Part shown: positions 37,044 through 46,245 of the stretch, one piece after another
Numbering within the stretch: the first letter of the stretch is position 1
Layout: every line of letters begins with the position of its first letter
Source of the DNA: Rhodothermales bacterium
GTDB lineage: Bacteria > Bacteroidota > Rhodothermia > Rhodothermales > DASSAV01
Length of the DNA: 64,000 nucleotides
Direction: 5' to 3'
Assembly (NCBI GenBank): GCA_041690215.1
Contig: JAWLHQ010000003.1
Coordinates: forward strand, 330,518 to 394,517
Made by a program: the position numbers and the translations under genes
The notes under the pieces: generated by a model
What the model was told of the DNA's origin: nothing
Databases searched by the model: none
Seen by the model: the letters and a program-made list of their open reading frames with translations, nothing else

Positions 37044-38404
37044 GACATACGACCATGAACGAGATTCAGAACGTTGCCCTGCGCGCCGGGATTGCCGTGG
37101 TGATCGCGCTCCTTTTCGCTACCGGGTGCAGGCCCGCGACGGTGTCCGAGACCGTGGACACCTATACGCTTTCCAGTGAAAGCCTCACGCGGCCCACTAC
37201 CGCGGTGGACCGATCGGGTGAGCGCGTCTACGTGGCCTGGGTGGCGAAGGACGACAGCATCGCCAACGTCTACCTTGCCCGGCTGGATCGACCGGGGAGC
37301 TCGACCTTTTCGCACCCCGTACGCGTGAACGACATCCCCGGCGATGCGGCGGGGCATCAGCAGGCGCCCGCCCAGGTCGCCGTTGCGCCGGATGGCACGG
37401 TGTACGTGGCCTGGCTCACCCAGACCGATGTGCCGGGGCGGCGCTTTCCGGCCAGCGACATCCGCCTGGCCCGCTCCACCGACGGCGGGCAGACCTTCGA
37501 GCCGGCCATTACCGTCAATGAGGATTCCGGCTTCCCGACCGGGCACCACTTCCACAACCTGGCGGTCGGGCCGGACGGTACGGTGTACGTCTCCTGGCTC
37601 GATACACGCGAGCGGGACCGGGCGCAGGCGGCAGGGTCCGGCGCAGCGACGATGGTCCACGCCTCGGCACAGACAGACCATGGCGCCCATCATGCCGGGA
37701 CAAGCGGCCATGCGGGACCCGGCAGGCACACGCCCGATCCGAAAGACAATCTTCCGGGCACCCAGGTCCGGGTAGCTCGCTCGACGGATGGAGGGCGCAG
37801 CTTCGGCCCGAGCGTGGTCGTGGCGGAAGGCACGTGCCAGTGCTGCAGGACGGCGCTCGCCATCAGTGAGGACCGTACGGTTTACGTGGCGTGGCGGCAC
37901 ATCTTCGGCGGCGTCACGCGAGACATGGCCCTGGCCCGGTCGGAAGACGGCGGTCAGACCTTTAGCAAGCCGGTCCGCATACACGCGGACGGCTGGATGA
38001 TCGACGGCTGCCCGCATTCCGGCCCATCCCTGACGGTAGACCGGGATCGGAACGTCCATGTGGCGTGGTATACGGGCGCACCAGAACGGGCCGGACTCTA
38101 CTACACCGTATCCCGCGACGGCGGCGCGAGCTTCGAGCCGGCTCAGGCACTGGCGAAAGATGTTGCGGTAGCGCAGACGAGCCTGGCGACCGACGAGCAG
38201 GGCTATACCTGGATTGCCTGGGAGAACCCCGGCGAGGATTGCGTGTGCCTCACGCGGGCAGATGCACGCGGCACGCTGCACCTCGCGGCGGCCGACACAC
38301 TTTCCGGCAGCGGTCCGGCTCTCGCGACAGCATCCAGCACACACGCCATGGCGTGGCGGAGCGGAAAAGCGATCCAGGTTCGGGTCATGCAGGGTAACAT
38401 GTAA
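37040..38404 (+). CDS. BNR/Asp-box repeat beta-propeller lipoprotein with a His-rich insert
   Basis: The start ATG 37040 overlaps the receptor stop (ATGA). ATG 37055 is an alternative. Lipobox LLFATGCRP. Four Asp-box motifs: STDGGQTF, STDGGRSF, SEDGGQTF, SRDGGASF. His-rich loop HASAQTDHGAHHAGTSGHAGPGRH. Confidence 0.8.
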   Translation: MRHTTMNEIQNVALRAGIAVVIALLFATGCRPATVSETVDTYTLSSESLTRPTTAVDRSGERVYVAWVAKDDSIANVYLARLDRPGSSTFSHPVRVNDIPGDAAGHQQAPAQVAVAPDGTVYVAWLTQTDVPGRRFPASDIRLARSTDGGQTFEPAITVNEDSGFPTGHHFHNLAVGPDGTVYVSWLDTRERDRAQAAGSGAATMVHASAQTDHGAHHAGTSGHAGPGRHTPDPKDNLPGTQVRVARSTDGGRSFGPSVVVAEGTCQCCRTALAISEDRTVYVAWRHIFGGVTRDMALARSEDGGQTFSKPVRIHADGWMIDGCPHSGPSLTVDRDRNVHVAWYTGAPERAGLYYTVSRDGGASFEPAQALAKDVAVAQTSLATDEQGYTWIAWENPGEDCVCLTRADARGTLHLAAADTLSGSGPALATASSTHAMAWRSGKAIQVRVMQGNM

Positions 38405-38609
38405 GAACACCCTGCCACGTTCGGAAACCGGCCCTTCTCAAACGAGAACAATCTCCCGGTTTCTCCGGTACCACCTGCAAAAAGCGGACATGACACACGG
38501 CACGAACGGTCCGATCCGGGCCAACTTCGCCATCGTGTGGCATGTCCTTTGCTTTAGTAACGATAACACACCAAATTCGGCCCACGGCTGACGAATTCAC
38601 ATATCGGTA

Positions 38610-38638
38610 TTGCCGAACGGGCAGTCATGTACTATAAT
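38610..38638 (+). promoter_or_regulatory. Sigma70-like promoter candidate upstream of the CNNM/GldE-like gene
   Basis: TTGCCG, 17 nt, TATAAT read directly at 38610-38615 and 38633-38638. I do not know whether this organism uses this consensus. Confidence 0.3.
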
Positions 38639-38791
38639 CTTCATTGTGGAACACTGTCCCGAACCATCAGTTTGGGGTTCCTCTTATGTCAAAATGACAT
38701 AAAAAATGGGCTTTCCGGGCGCCCAGCGCCCGTGCGCAGAGCCGCCCAGTCCGCATGTATCACCAGCCGAGGGAGTTGACCCTCACCTGCC

Positions 38792-40186
38792 TTGGACTCT
38801 GACCCTGCTAGTTATACTAGCCTCGTCGCTCTTTTTCAGCACACCCCGGAGATCGTACTTGAACCGGCCATACTGGTGGTTCAGATCGTGATACTGATGC
38901 TGCTCTTGCTTGCGTCAGCGGTATTTTCCGGGTCGGAGGTCGCCCTTTTCTCGCTCGACAGGTCTGCGAAGCATGCTCTGGCGTCTGCCGGAGATCCGGC
39001 CTACTCGCGGATTCTCGCCCTCCTGGAGCACCCACGCCCGCTCCTCATGACGCTGCGCATCCTGAATACGGTCGCGCACGTCTGTGCGGCCATTTTGATC
39101 GCCATCATGGTGGCGGGCTTCGCGGAGTCGTCCGGATGGGATCCGACGTGGACCCTGCTCACCCAGATGGTGGCCCTCACGCTGGCGCTGATCGTCGTCA
39201 GCGAGATCGCGCCGAAACTGATCGCCGTACGCACGGCACCTCCCCTCAACAGACGCATTGCGCGCCTCATCCTGACCATTCATCAGGTTCTGGATCCCAT
39301 CTCGCGGCGTCTCGACCCTGCTATGAACGTATTCAAATTCAGATCACTGGCATCCTCCAGGCACCAGCCGTCAGAGTCCGAACCGGCCCAGGTGAAGGCT
39401 GAAGGAACGAACGGAGAAGCCGTTGAAGAAGAACGCAGCCTGATCCATTCCGTCATCGAGTTCGGTGAGACGACCGTACGGGAGGTCATGACGAGCCGCC
39501 TGGACGTCGTGGCGTTGCCGGTGACGGCTACCGTGGAGGAAGCACTGGACCTGATCCGGACCAGCGGGCACTCCCGCCTGCCCCTTTACGAGGAGCACCT
39601 GGACAACATCCTCGGCGTGATCTACGCGAAGGACCTCCTGGCCTATCTCGGCCCCAGAAACCACGCGGAGGTTCAGCCGGAGATCGACTGGACGAAGATC
39701 GCACGCTCGCCCATGTTCGTTCCGCAAAGCAAGCGGTTGGACGACCTCCTCAAGGATTTCCAGTCGAGCAAGATGCACCTGGCCATCGTCGTAGACGAGT
39801 ACGGCGGTACGTCGGGCCTCGTCACCATGGAGGATGTGCTGGAAGAGATCGTCGGCGACATCCGCGACGAACACGACGAGCAGGAGAACCCGCTCTATGA
39901 GCAGATCGACGCCAACACGTACCGGTTCGACGCCCGTATCGATCTGGACGACCTGAACGACGTGCTCGGCACGAAGCTGGATACGGAGGCGTTCGACTTC
40001 GAAACGCTCGGCGGGCTCATTTTCCACGTCAGAGGCTCCATCCCGTCTCCGGGCGAAGAACTTACGTACGAGGGCCTGCACATGCAGGTCGAGAGCGTCG
40101 AAGCACACCGGATCGGGCACGTGCTCGTGCGACTGGGCCCGGTAGAGGCGGGTGTTCCCTCGAACCGCGCTCTGGCCGGGCGCTAA
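38792..40186 (+). CDS. CNNM/DUF21 + CBS pair + CorC_HlyC family protein (hemolysin-family, GldE-like)
   Basis: 464 aa with a TTG start. The N-terminus MDSDP... resembles GldE as I recall it. DUF21 membrane domain (LLLLASAVFSGSEVALFSL), CBS region (VREVMTSRLDVVAL ... HLAIVVDEYGGTSGLVTMEDVLEEIVG), and a C-terminal transporter-associated domain. Confidence 0.85.
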   Translation: MDSDPASYTSLVALFQHTPEIVLEPAILVVQIVILMLLLLASAVFSGSEVALFSLDRSAKHALASAGDPAYSRILALLEHPRPLLMTLRILNTVAHVCAAILIAIMVAGFAESSGWDPTWTLLTQMVALTLALIVVSEIAPKLIAVRTAPPLNRRIARLILTIHQVLDPISRRLDPAMNVFKFRSLASSRHQPSESEPAQVKAEGTNGEAVEEERSLIHSVIEFGETTVREVMTSRLDVVALPVTATVEEALDLIRTSGHSRLPLYEEHLDNILGVIYAKDLLAYLGPRNHAEVQPEIDWTKIARSPMFVPQSKRLDDLLKDFQSSKMHLAIVVDEYGGTSGLVTMEDVLEEIVGDIRDEHDEQENPLYEQIDANTYRFDARIDLDDLNDVLGTKLDTEAFDFETLGGLIFHVRGSIPSPGEELTYEGLHMQVESVEAHRIGHVLVRLGPVEAGVPSNRALAGR

Positions 40187-40221
40187 ACCGCCCGGCCTGC
40201 AGCCAGACACCGGTTCTGCCG

Positions 40222-40845
40222 TTGAAACGATGGTTTGCCCCTCCCCTCCTGCTCTTCGCGGCTGTTCTGTGGCCGCTCGGAACGACACGGGCTGCAGCAG
40301 CGCACGCTCCACTCCAGACAGAAATACCCGGAGTGCATGCATCCACCGAGCCCATCATCACCGGTCCGGTCAGTGACCGCGCACCATCCCGGGTAGACGC
40401 ACATGCCGGTACGGTTCCGTGTCGCACGGAACCAGCTGCACCGAAGTGCGCCGCTTTCTGGATTCCAGCTTACGATTTCCGGCCCGGATTCCCGCCGCAG
40501 GAACGTTTGCACCCAAACCATTCAAAAGATCATCCGATCTTTAAAACCGCTGAGACGGACGATGGGTTGTACCGTCGTCCTCGGGATTCGTGGTTCGGAT
40601 GGGACAAGGTGCAGCATGCCACGTTCAGCTTTCTGTTTACGGTAGGCAGCCAGTATGCGCTGGTAAACAAGGCAGGGATGGGCGAGCGAGACGCCCTGCC
40701 GGTCTCGATGGGCATCAGCGGAGCCATAGGACTAGCAAAAGAATTGAATGACCGTTACCGGGGGCCGACACGGTATTTCAGCAAGCGCGACCTCGTTGCT
40801 GATGCCGCGGGCATTCTCGTCGCGGCGGGGTTCATTCTGTTATGA
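40222..40845 (+). CDS. Hypothetical exported protein, DUF2279/YfiM-like C-terminal region
   Basis: 207 aa with a TTG start. Signal-like KRWFAPPLLLFAAVLWPLG. WDKVQHATFSFLFTVG and DLVADAAGILVAAGFIL resemble the YfiM-type lipoprotein family. Weak call. Confidence 0.45.
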   Translation: MKRWFAPPLLLFAAVLWPLGTTRAAAAHAPLQTEIPGVHASTEPIITGPVSDRAPSRVDAHAGTVPCRTEPAAPKCAAFWIPAYDFRPGFPPQERLHPNHSKDHPIFKTAETDDGLYRRPRDSWFGWDKVQHATFSFLFTVGSQYALVNKAGMGERDALPVSMGISGAIGLAKELNDRYRGPTRYFSKRDLVADAAGILVAAGFILL

Positions 40846-41137
40846 GCGAACACCGTGTAACACCCTGCGGAAGTGCGACACTAACGGGCGCTCCGGCGAA
40901 CCGTGAGTTTTCCACAAACGGCAGTACAACCCATCCGGAGAAAGTTACGACGCGTATATTTCCACAGTGTTACCGCCATCGCGGAACCGCACGAAATCTT
41001 TATTCCGTACCCCGAGTCTAAAGCCGGAGCGCGCCCGCAATGGCACAGTTTGTGATTCATTTTAGACAACTTGCACCGGCGGGACCCGCCTTGCAAGAGA
41101 CCAGCCGGGATAGTTTCACCTTCTGGATGTAACCCGC

Positions 41138-42637
41138 ATGGCATTGGAAGAAATCAAAGAGGAATGCGGCATCTTCGGCGTATACAATGCACCGGATGCA
41201 GCACGCCTCATCTACTACGGCCTCCACGCGCTCCAACACCGAGGCCAGGAGGCGGCCGGCATCGCTACCTCTACGTATGACGAGGTCAAAAAGAAGCCGG
41301 TCATGCCGTACCACAAAGATGCCGGGCTGGTACTGGACGTCTTCGCCGATACCACGCTGTTCGACTCGAAGTTGCTCGGATCGGCCGGTATCGGGCACAA
41401 CCGGTACTCCACGAGCGGTTCATCCAACAACAGGGCCAACATTCAGCCTTTCGTGGTGAACTACCGGGACGGTAACCTCGCGCTGGCCCATAACGGCAAC
41501 CTGTCCAATGCCCGTGAACTGCGCCAGTCGTTCAGCAACCGGGGCACGCTGTTCCAGTCGACTTCGGACAGCGAACTCATCCTTCACCTGATTTCCCAGA
41601 GCCGCCGTCAGAAGCAGATCGACCAGATCATCGACGCCCTCACGCAGGTCGAGGGTGCGTTCTGCCTGGTCATGCTGACGGACGACAGCCTCATCGCGGT
41701 ACGCGACCCGAACGGATTTCGGCCGCTCGCCCTCGGTAGCCTTCAGAACAAGGACGGCAGCACGGCCTACTGTGTAGCCAGCGAGACCTGTGCGTTCGAC
41801 CTCATCGGCGCCACCTACATCCGCGACATCGAACCCGGCGAGATCCTGGTTATCGACCGGAAAGGGTGCGAGACGGGCGAGTTCAAGCGCTACCATCTCC
41901 CCCAGAATCACGGCGTCAGCCAGTGCATCTTCGAATACGTCTACTTCTCCCGGCCGGACTCCTCCGTCTTCGGCGAGATGGTGGACAAGGTCCGGCGGAA
42001 GATCGGCAAGCAGCTCGCGTACGACGCGCCCGTCCCGCAGGTGGACGACGACGAGAAACAGCCCATCGTGATCTCGGTGCCGGACTCCTCCAACACGGCG
42101 GCCCTCGGCTACGTGACGGAGTGCAACAAGATCGGTCACAAGTGCCGCTACGAGATCGGCCTCATCCGTAACCACTACGTCGGCCGCACGTTCATCTCGC
42201 CCGGGCAGAACTCACGCGAGATCAAGGTGCGTTCGAAATTCAACACGGTAAAGGGCGTGTTGAAGGACCGGATCGTGGTAGTGGTGGACGACTCCATCGT
42301 GCGCGGCACGACGGCCCGCTTCCTCGTGGACATGATCCGCGAAGCCGGCGCCAAAGAAGTCCACCTGCGTATCGCCTCCCCGCCGGTCATCAGCCCGTGC
42401 TACTACGGCATGGATTTCCCCAGCTACGACGAACTCTTCGCCAACAAGTTCGCCAGCACGGAGGACATGGCGAAATGGCTGGGGGTGGATTCGGTAGGCT
42501 ATCTCTCGACGGAAGGCCTGATGAAAGCCGTCCAGACGGCGAACACCGGTCCGCATGGCTACTGCAATGCCTGCTTCACGGCCAACTATCCCGTGCCGGT
42601 CGAGATCGGTGTCGAGAAGGAAGAAAACGAGTGGTAA
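41138..42637 (+). CDS. purF: Amidophosphoribosyltransferase (propeptide and [4Fe-4S] type)
   Basis: 499 aa. MALEEIKEECGIFGV (short propeptide before the catalytic Cys), GHNRYSTSG, PRTase loop VVVVDDSIVRGTT, and Cys ligands PCYYGMD and CNACFT. Confidence 0.95.
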   Translation: MALEEIKEECGIFGVYNAPDAARLIYYGLHALQHRGQEAAGIATSTYDEVKKKPVMPYHKDAGLVLDVFADTTLFDSKLLGSAGIGHNRYSTSGSSNNRANIQPFVVNYRDGNLALAHNGNLSNARELRQSFSNRGTLFQSTSDSELILHLISQSRRQKQIDQIIDALTQVEGAFCLVMLTDDSLIAVRDPNGFRPLALGSLQNKDGSTAYCVASETCAFDLIGATYIRDIEPGEILVIDRKGCETGEFKRYHLPQNHGVSQCIFEYVYFSRPDSSVFGEMVDKVRRKIGKQLAYDAPVPQVDDDEKQPIVISVPDSSNTAALGYVTECNKIGHKCRYEIGLIRNHYVGRTFISPGQNSREIKVRSKFNTVKGVLKDRIVVVVDDSIVRGTTARFLVDMIREAGAKEVHLRIASPPVISPCYYGMDFPSYDELFANKFASTEDMAKWLGVDSVGYLSTEGLMKAVQTANTGPHGYCNACFTANYPVPVEIGVEKEENEW

Positions 42638-42962
42638 GGACCGCACCGCCGTTCCATTTCTGAAACGGGCTACCAGCCAGGCGCTTTTCCGGCAGGAGCA
42701 GTTGCATTCTGATACGACTGCCGCGCCGTCATGCTTGCCGGACCACGTGCGGCTTTCTGGATTACTGCCAGCGCTCGCATCGCCCTTCTCCTGATGGCTA
42801 TCCGGCATATCCGCCGAACACGTCCCCCGTGCGTCTGCCCCGAGCCGTGTCTTTCAGACGAGCCGCTTGCTTGTTTGTAACAAACGGGAGTTCTTTTCAG
42901 TATGATAGAGCTATTGGCAGGATAACACTCGCGCTGCAGGCACCAGAGAAGCCATCTACCTC

Positions 42963-45203
42963 ATGATAGCTCGCCTCCTATTCCGTCCTTCGGAAGGCGT
43001 GCTCTCGGAAACGAAGAGCACGCGCGCACGGCGTGTGCTGCTGGGTGTTCTCTGTGCCGTCGCGTTCATTGCCGGATTCTTCTATCACTTTTCCGCCTGG
43101 CAAACCGGCGTACGCCCTGCGATTCCGTACGAGATCGCCTACAACCTGGTCACGATTGCCGGGTATGCGTTTCTGTGGCGGCTTCTATCCTACTACCACG
43201 AGGAACGGCAGTCGACCCCGGCCAAGACGTTCTGGATCACCCTCTTTTTCGGATTGATCCTGATGGGAGCGGGGCGCCTCGTGCTCGGTATCGGCGGCGT
43301 GCCCGACATGCCGTCTTTTACACAGGGAGGCGCTCAGTTCGGCTTCGCGCTCGACACGAAGACTCCGCTGGCGCTGGCGACGGTGGTCAAGATGTGCCTC
43401 ATCAGCCTCCTGGAGGCCTCCTTCGCCTTCCTCCTGCTGCTCCGGCTTCGCGACCTCGTGCTCTTCCGGCGTTCGAAGACGAGCCAGCGTAACTGGCACC
43501 TGATGCTCCTGTTCATGGCCATCGCCGGCGTGTCGGCCTTTCTCAAGGAGCCGGGAACGGAATGGAGCCCACTTCAGGTCGTCGCGTTCATCCCGGCCGT
43601 CTCCATGATGGTCATCAACTCGTTCCGGCTATCCTGGATCGTGTTGCTTTCGTTCAAGGAGAAGGTTGCCTGCATCGGTCTTTTGCTGCTTCTTCTGATC
43701 CTTCTCGGATCGGGAATAGGCGTCAATGACATGTCGTTGCTGCCGGGCGCCTATACCTACCTCGAGTACTACAGCTATCCGCTCAACGCCTTCACGCAGC
43801 TTGCCATCATCTTTGGCATCCTGTATAGCACGACGGCGTTCCTCTCCCTGCTGTTTCACCTTCCCACTACGGGCGACTTCCAGCAGAAGGCGGGCGAGCT
43901 GGCGGCCATGCACTCGCTGACCTCCCTCGTCAGCCAGGTTTTCGACCTGGAACGACTCGCCCATACGATTACGGCCTCTCCGGTCGAGACGGGCTCGGCA
44001 CACGCCTCCTGGCTGGCCCTGCCGGACCCGCAGAGCGGTTCGCTGCGCCCCCGTATCGCAGCGACGTGCCGGATATCGCAGGAACGCATCGAGCAACTCG
44101 CCGATACACAGGCCCTGTACGAGGACGTCTATTGCAAGCGTGAGCCGGTCCTGCTCAACCAGGCCCCTGCCGACCACCGGATCACGGCCAAGCCCGGGGA
44201 CGGGCTCGGCAGCCTCCTCGTGCTTCCGCTCATCACCCGGGACGACGTCCTCGGCGCGCTCTTCCTCACGCGCGACGTCACCTATGGCTTCGAGAAGGAC
44301 GATGTAGAAGCGGCTACCGTCTTTGCCGCCCAGGCCGCCCTGGCCCTGGATCACGCTCGCCTTTTCGAAGAACAGCTGGAAAAGGAGCGGCTGTCCCGCG
44401 AGATCGACATTGCCCGCGAAGTCCAGCGCAAGCTCCTTCCGGACAGCCCTCCTGAAGTCAAAGGACTATCCATCTGCGCATCAAGCGTAGCCGCTCAGGA
44501 AGTGGGCGGCGACTATTACGACTTCGCCCAACTGGACGAGGACCGGCTGGCCTTCATCATCGCAGACGTATCCGGCAAAGGAACGTCGGCAGCCTTTTAT
44601 ATGGCTGAAATGCAGGGCATCTTCCAGTCCGTCAGCCGTCTCGCTCCTGGTCCGGCCGAGTTCCTGACCCACGCCAATGACGCCCTGATACGAGCGCTGG
44701 AAAAACACGTGTTTATTTCCGTGATTTACGGCGTGCTCGATTCGAAGAACGAAACGCTCTCCATCGCGCGTGCCGGGCATTGCCCGGCGGCGTTCATCAA
44801 CCTGGACGGAGAGGCGCGCTTCCTGCGCACGAGAGGACTTGGCCTGGGGCTGGATCGAAGCCGCCATTTCCACCGGACGATTGTGGAGGAGCACGTATGC
44901 CTGCAGCCCGGCGATGTGTTCGTGCTGTACACAGACGGTGTCGTAGAAAGTCGAAACCCGGCGGGGGATGAATATGGCTACGATCGACTCATGAACGCGC
45001 TCCGTGAGCACCGGCATGAGGATGCAGCCGACCTTCACAAGGCTCTCCTCGCCGACCTTACTGGTTTCATGGAGGACAAGAGCTACGACGACGACATGAC
45101 CCTCGTGGTGCTGAAGTGGCACGGCATTGGCACCGCTTCAGGAACGCTATACACGGAGCACAACGGGGTGCGAAAACACGCGCGAACGAATATTCTCACC
45201 TGA
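42963..45203 (+). CDS. Membrane sensor PP2C phosphatase (multi-TM + GAF + SpoIIE/RsbU domain)
   Basis: 746 aa. About 330 aa of hydrophobic segments, a GAF-like region (GSLLVLPLITRDDVLGALFL), and PP2C/SpoIIE motifs (VGGDYYDF, FIIADVSGKG, LYTDGVVE, DDDMTLVVLK). Confidence 0.85.
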   Translation: MIARLLFRPSEGVLSETKSTRARRVLLGVLCAVAFIAGFFYHFSAWQTGVRPAIPYEIAYNLVTIAGYAFLWRLLSYYHEERQSTPAKTFWITLFFGLILMGAGRLVLGIGGVPDMPSFTQGGAQFGFALDTKTPLALATVVKMCLISLLEASFAFLLLLRLRDLVLFRRSKTSQRNWHLMLLFMAIAGVSAFLKEPGTEWSPLQVVAFIPAVSMMVINSFRLSWIVLLSFKEKVACIGLLLLLLILLGSGIGVNDMSLLPGAYTYLEYYSYPLNAFTQLAIIFGILYSTTAFLSLLFHLPTTGDFQQKAGELAAMHSLTSLVSQVFDLERLAHTITASPVETGSAHASWLALPDPQSGSLRPRIAATCRISQERIEQLADTQALYEDVYCKREPVLLNQAPADHRITAKPGDGLGSLLVLPLITRDDVLGALFLTRDVTYGFEKDDVEAATVFAAQAALALDHARLFEEQLEKERLSREIDIAREVQRKLLPDSPPEVKGLSICASSVAAQEVGGDYYDFAQLDEDRLAFIIADVSGKGTSAAFYMAEMQGIFQSVSRLAPGPAEFLTHANDALIRALEKHVFISVIYGVLDSKNETLSIARAGHCPAAFINLDGEARFLRTRGLGLGLDRSRHFHRTIVEEHVCLQPGDVFVLYTDGVVESRNPAGDEYGYDRLMNALREHRHEDAADLHKALLADLTGFMEDKSYDDDMTLVVLKWHGIGTASGTLYTEHNGVRKHARTNILT

Positions 45204-45272
45204 ACTTTGCAACTTGCAACGAAACGCTCCGTCAACTGCCAACGCATAAGCATTTTTATACCCGAACGAGAG

Positions 45273-45638
45273 ATGAGCAATTTTTCCGTAGGTTTCCGTC
45301 CCGTGGGGCAGGTCCACGTGCTGGACTTGAAGGGAGAGCTCGATGCCCATACGGCGTCAGAGCTCGAGGCTGCCATACAGAAGTGTCAGGCAGACGAGCA
45401 CTACCAGATCGTAGTGAACGGGGCAAACCTGCAGTATATATCGAGCGCAGGACTGGGCGTGTTCATGGCTTACATAGAGGAGTTGCGTGAGCGAGGGGGG
45501 GATATCAAGATTGCGGCTCTCCAGCCCAAAGTGTACAACGTATTCGATCTGCTGGGTTTCCCCATGCTGTTCGACATCGTGGACACGGAGGAAGAGGCGC
45601 TCTCACGTTTTGAGACGAACGGTCAGAGGATTCTATAG
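45273..45638 (+). CDS. STAS-domain anti-sigma-factor antagonist (RsbV/SpoIIAA-like)
   Basis: Internal ATG of ORF 45207..45638. VHVLDLKGELDAHTASELE, and NLQYISSAGLGVF containing the conserved phospho-Ser context. Confidence 0.85.
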   Translation: MSNFSVGFRPVGQVHVLDLKGELDAHTASELEAAIQKCQADEHYQIVVNGANLQYISSAGLGVFMAYIEELRERGGDIKIAALQPKVYNVFDLLGFPMLFDIVDTEEEALSRFETNGQRIL

Positions 45639-45687
45639 TCATGACATATTCTTACTCTTACCACGCCCTTCCATCAGGAGCCCTCTC

Positions 45688-46140
45688 GTGACGCGTTCCG
45701 TATACACGAAATCCTTCCCGAGCTCGACGCGGCACCTCGAGGAGGTGCGGCGTTTCGTCGAGATGTGTTGCCAGGAGGCCCGGCTTTCGGCGGACACCGT
45801 GGAGCAGTTCAAACTGGCCGTCGATGAAGCGTGTACGAACGTGATCAAACATGCCTACAAGGGCGACGGAGGCCGAAGCATAGACGTGGCGGTCATTTTC
45901 GAGCCCGACCGCTGCATCATCCGAATCCGCGACGAGGGACAACGCTTCCGTCCCTCCGAGTACCGCAGCCCCGACCTCATGGAATCCGTCCGCCAGCGCC
46001 GTGCCGGAGGCTTCGGCGTCCAGATCATGCGCCGTCTCATGGATCAGGTCGAATACCGCACGAAGGGCCGCATCAATGAAGTGTGCCTCACGAAATTCCT
46101 GGGCGGTGATAACGGCTGCAACGGCAACAGGAGCAGGTGA
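45688..46140 (+). CDS. Anti-sigma regulatory factor, Ser/Thr protein kinase (RsbW/SpoIIAB-like, HATPase_c)
   Basis: In-frame GTG 45688 preceded by caggag 8 nt upstream. VDEACTNVIKHAY (N-box), IRDEGQRF, and GGFGVQIMRRLMD (G-box). Confidence 0.8.
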   Translation: MTRSVYTKSFPSSTRHLEEVRRFVEMCCQEARLSADTVEQFKLAVDEACTNVIKHAYKGDGGRSIDVAVIFEPDRCIIRIRDEGQRFRPSEYRSPDLMESVRQRRAGGFGVQIMRRLMDQVEYRTKGRINEVCLTKFLGGDNGCNGNRSR

Positions 46141-46245
46141 ATAGGTGGTCAGCTTTCAGCCTCCACTCCTCCTACTTTGAACCTACTCTGCGATGTCCGT
46201 CTTACCTGCAACCCTCTATCCCTCTGCTTCTCTTCTGGCTGACAG

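Noticed and set aside
37025-38410. 461-aa minus-strand ORF antisense to the BNR gene
   Set aside because: The plus frame contains four Asp-box repeats (SxDGGxxF) and a lipobox. The minus frame is Arg/Gly/Pro-rich without motifs.
39371-40342. 323-aa minus-strand ORF antisense to the CNNM/GldE-like gene
   Set aside because: The plus frame has DUF21/CBS/CorC features and the antisense frame is Arg/Val/Asp-rich without motifs.
40846-41137. Possible ZTP or purine riboswitch upstream of purF
   Set aside because: Only a short ggcggg-a-cccgcc hairpin is present. The conserved cores I remember (CCGCCTGGGCA for ZTP, the purine three-way junction) are absent.
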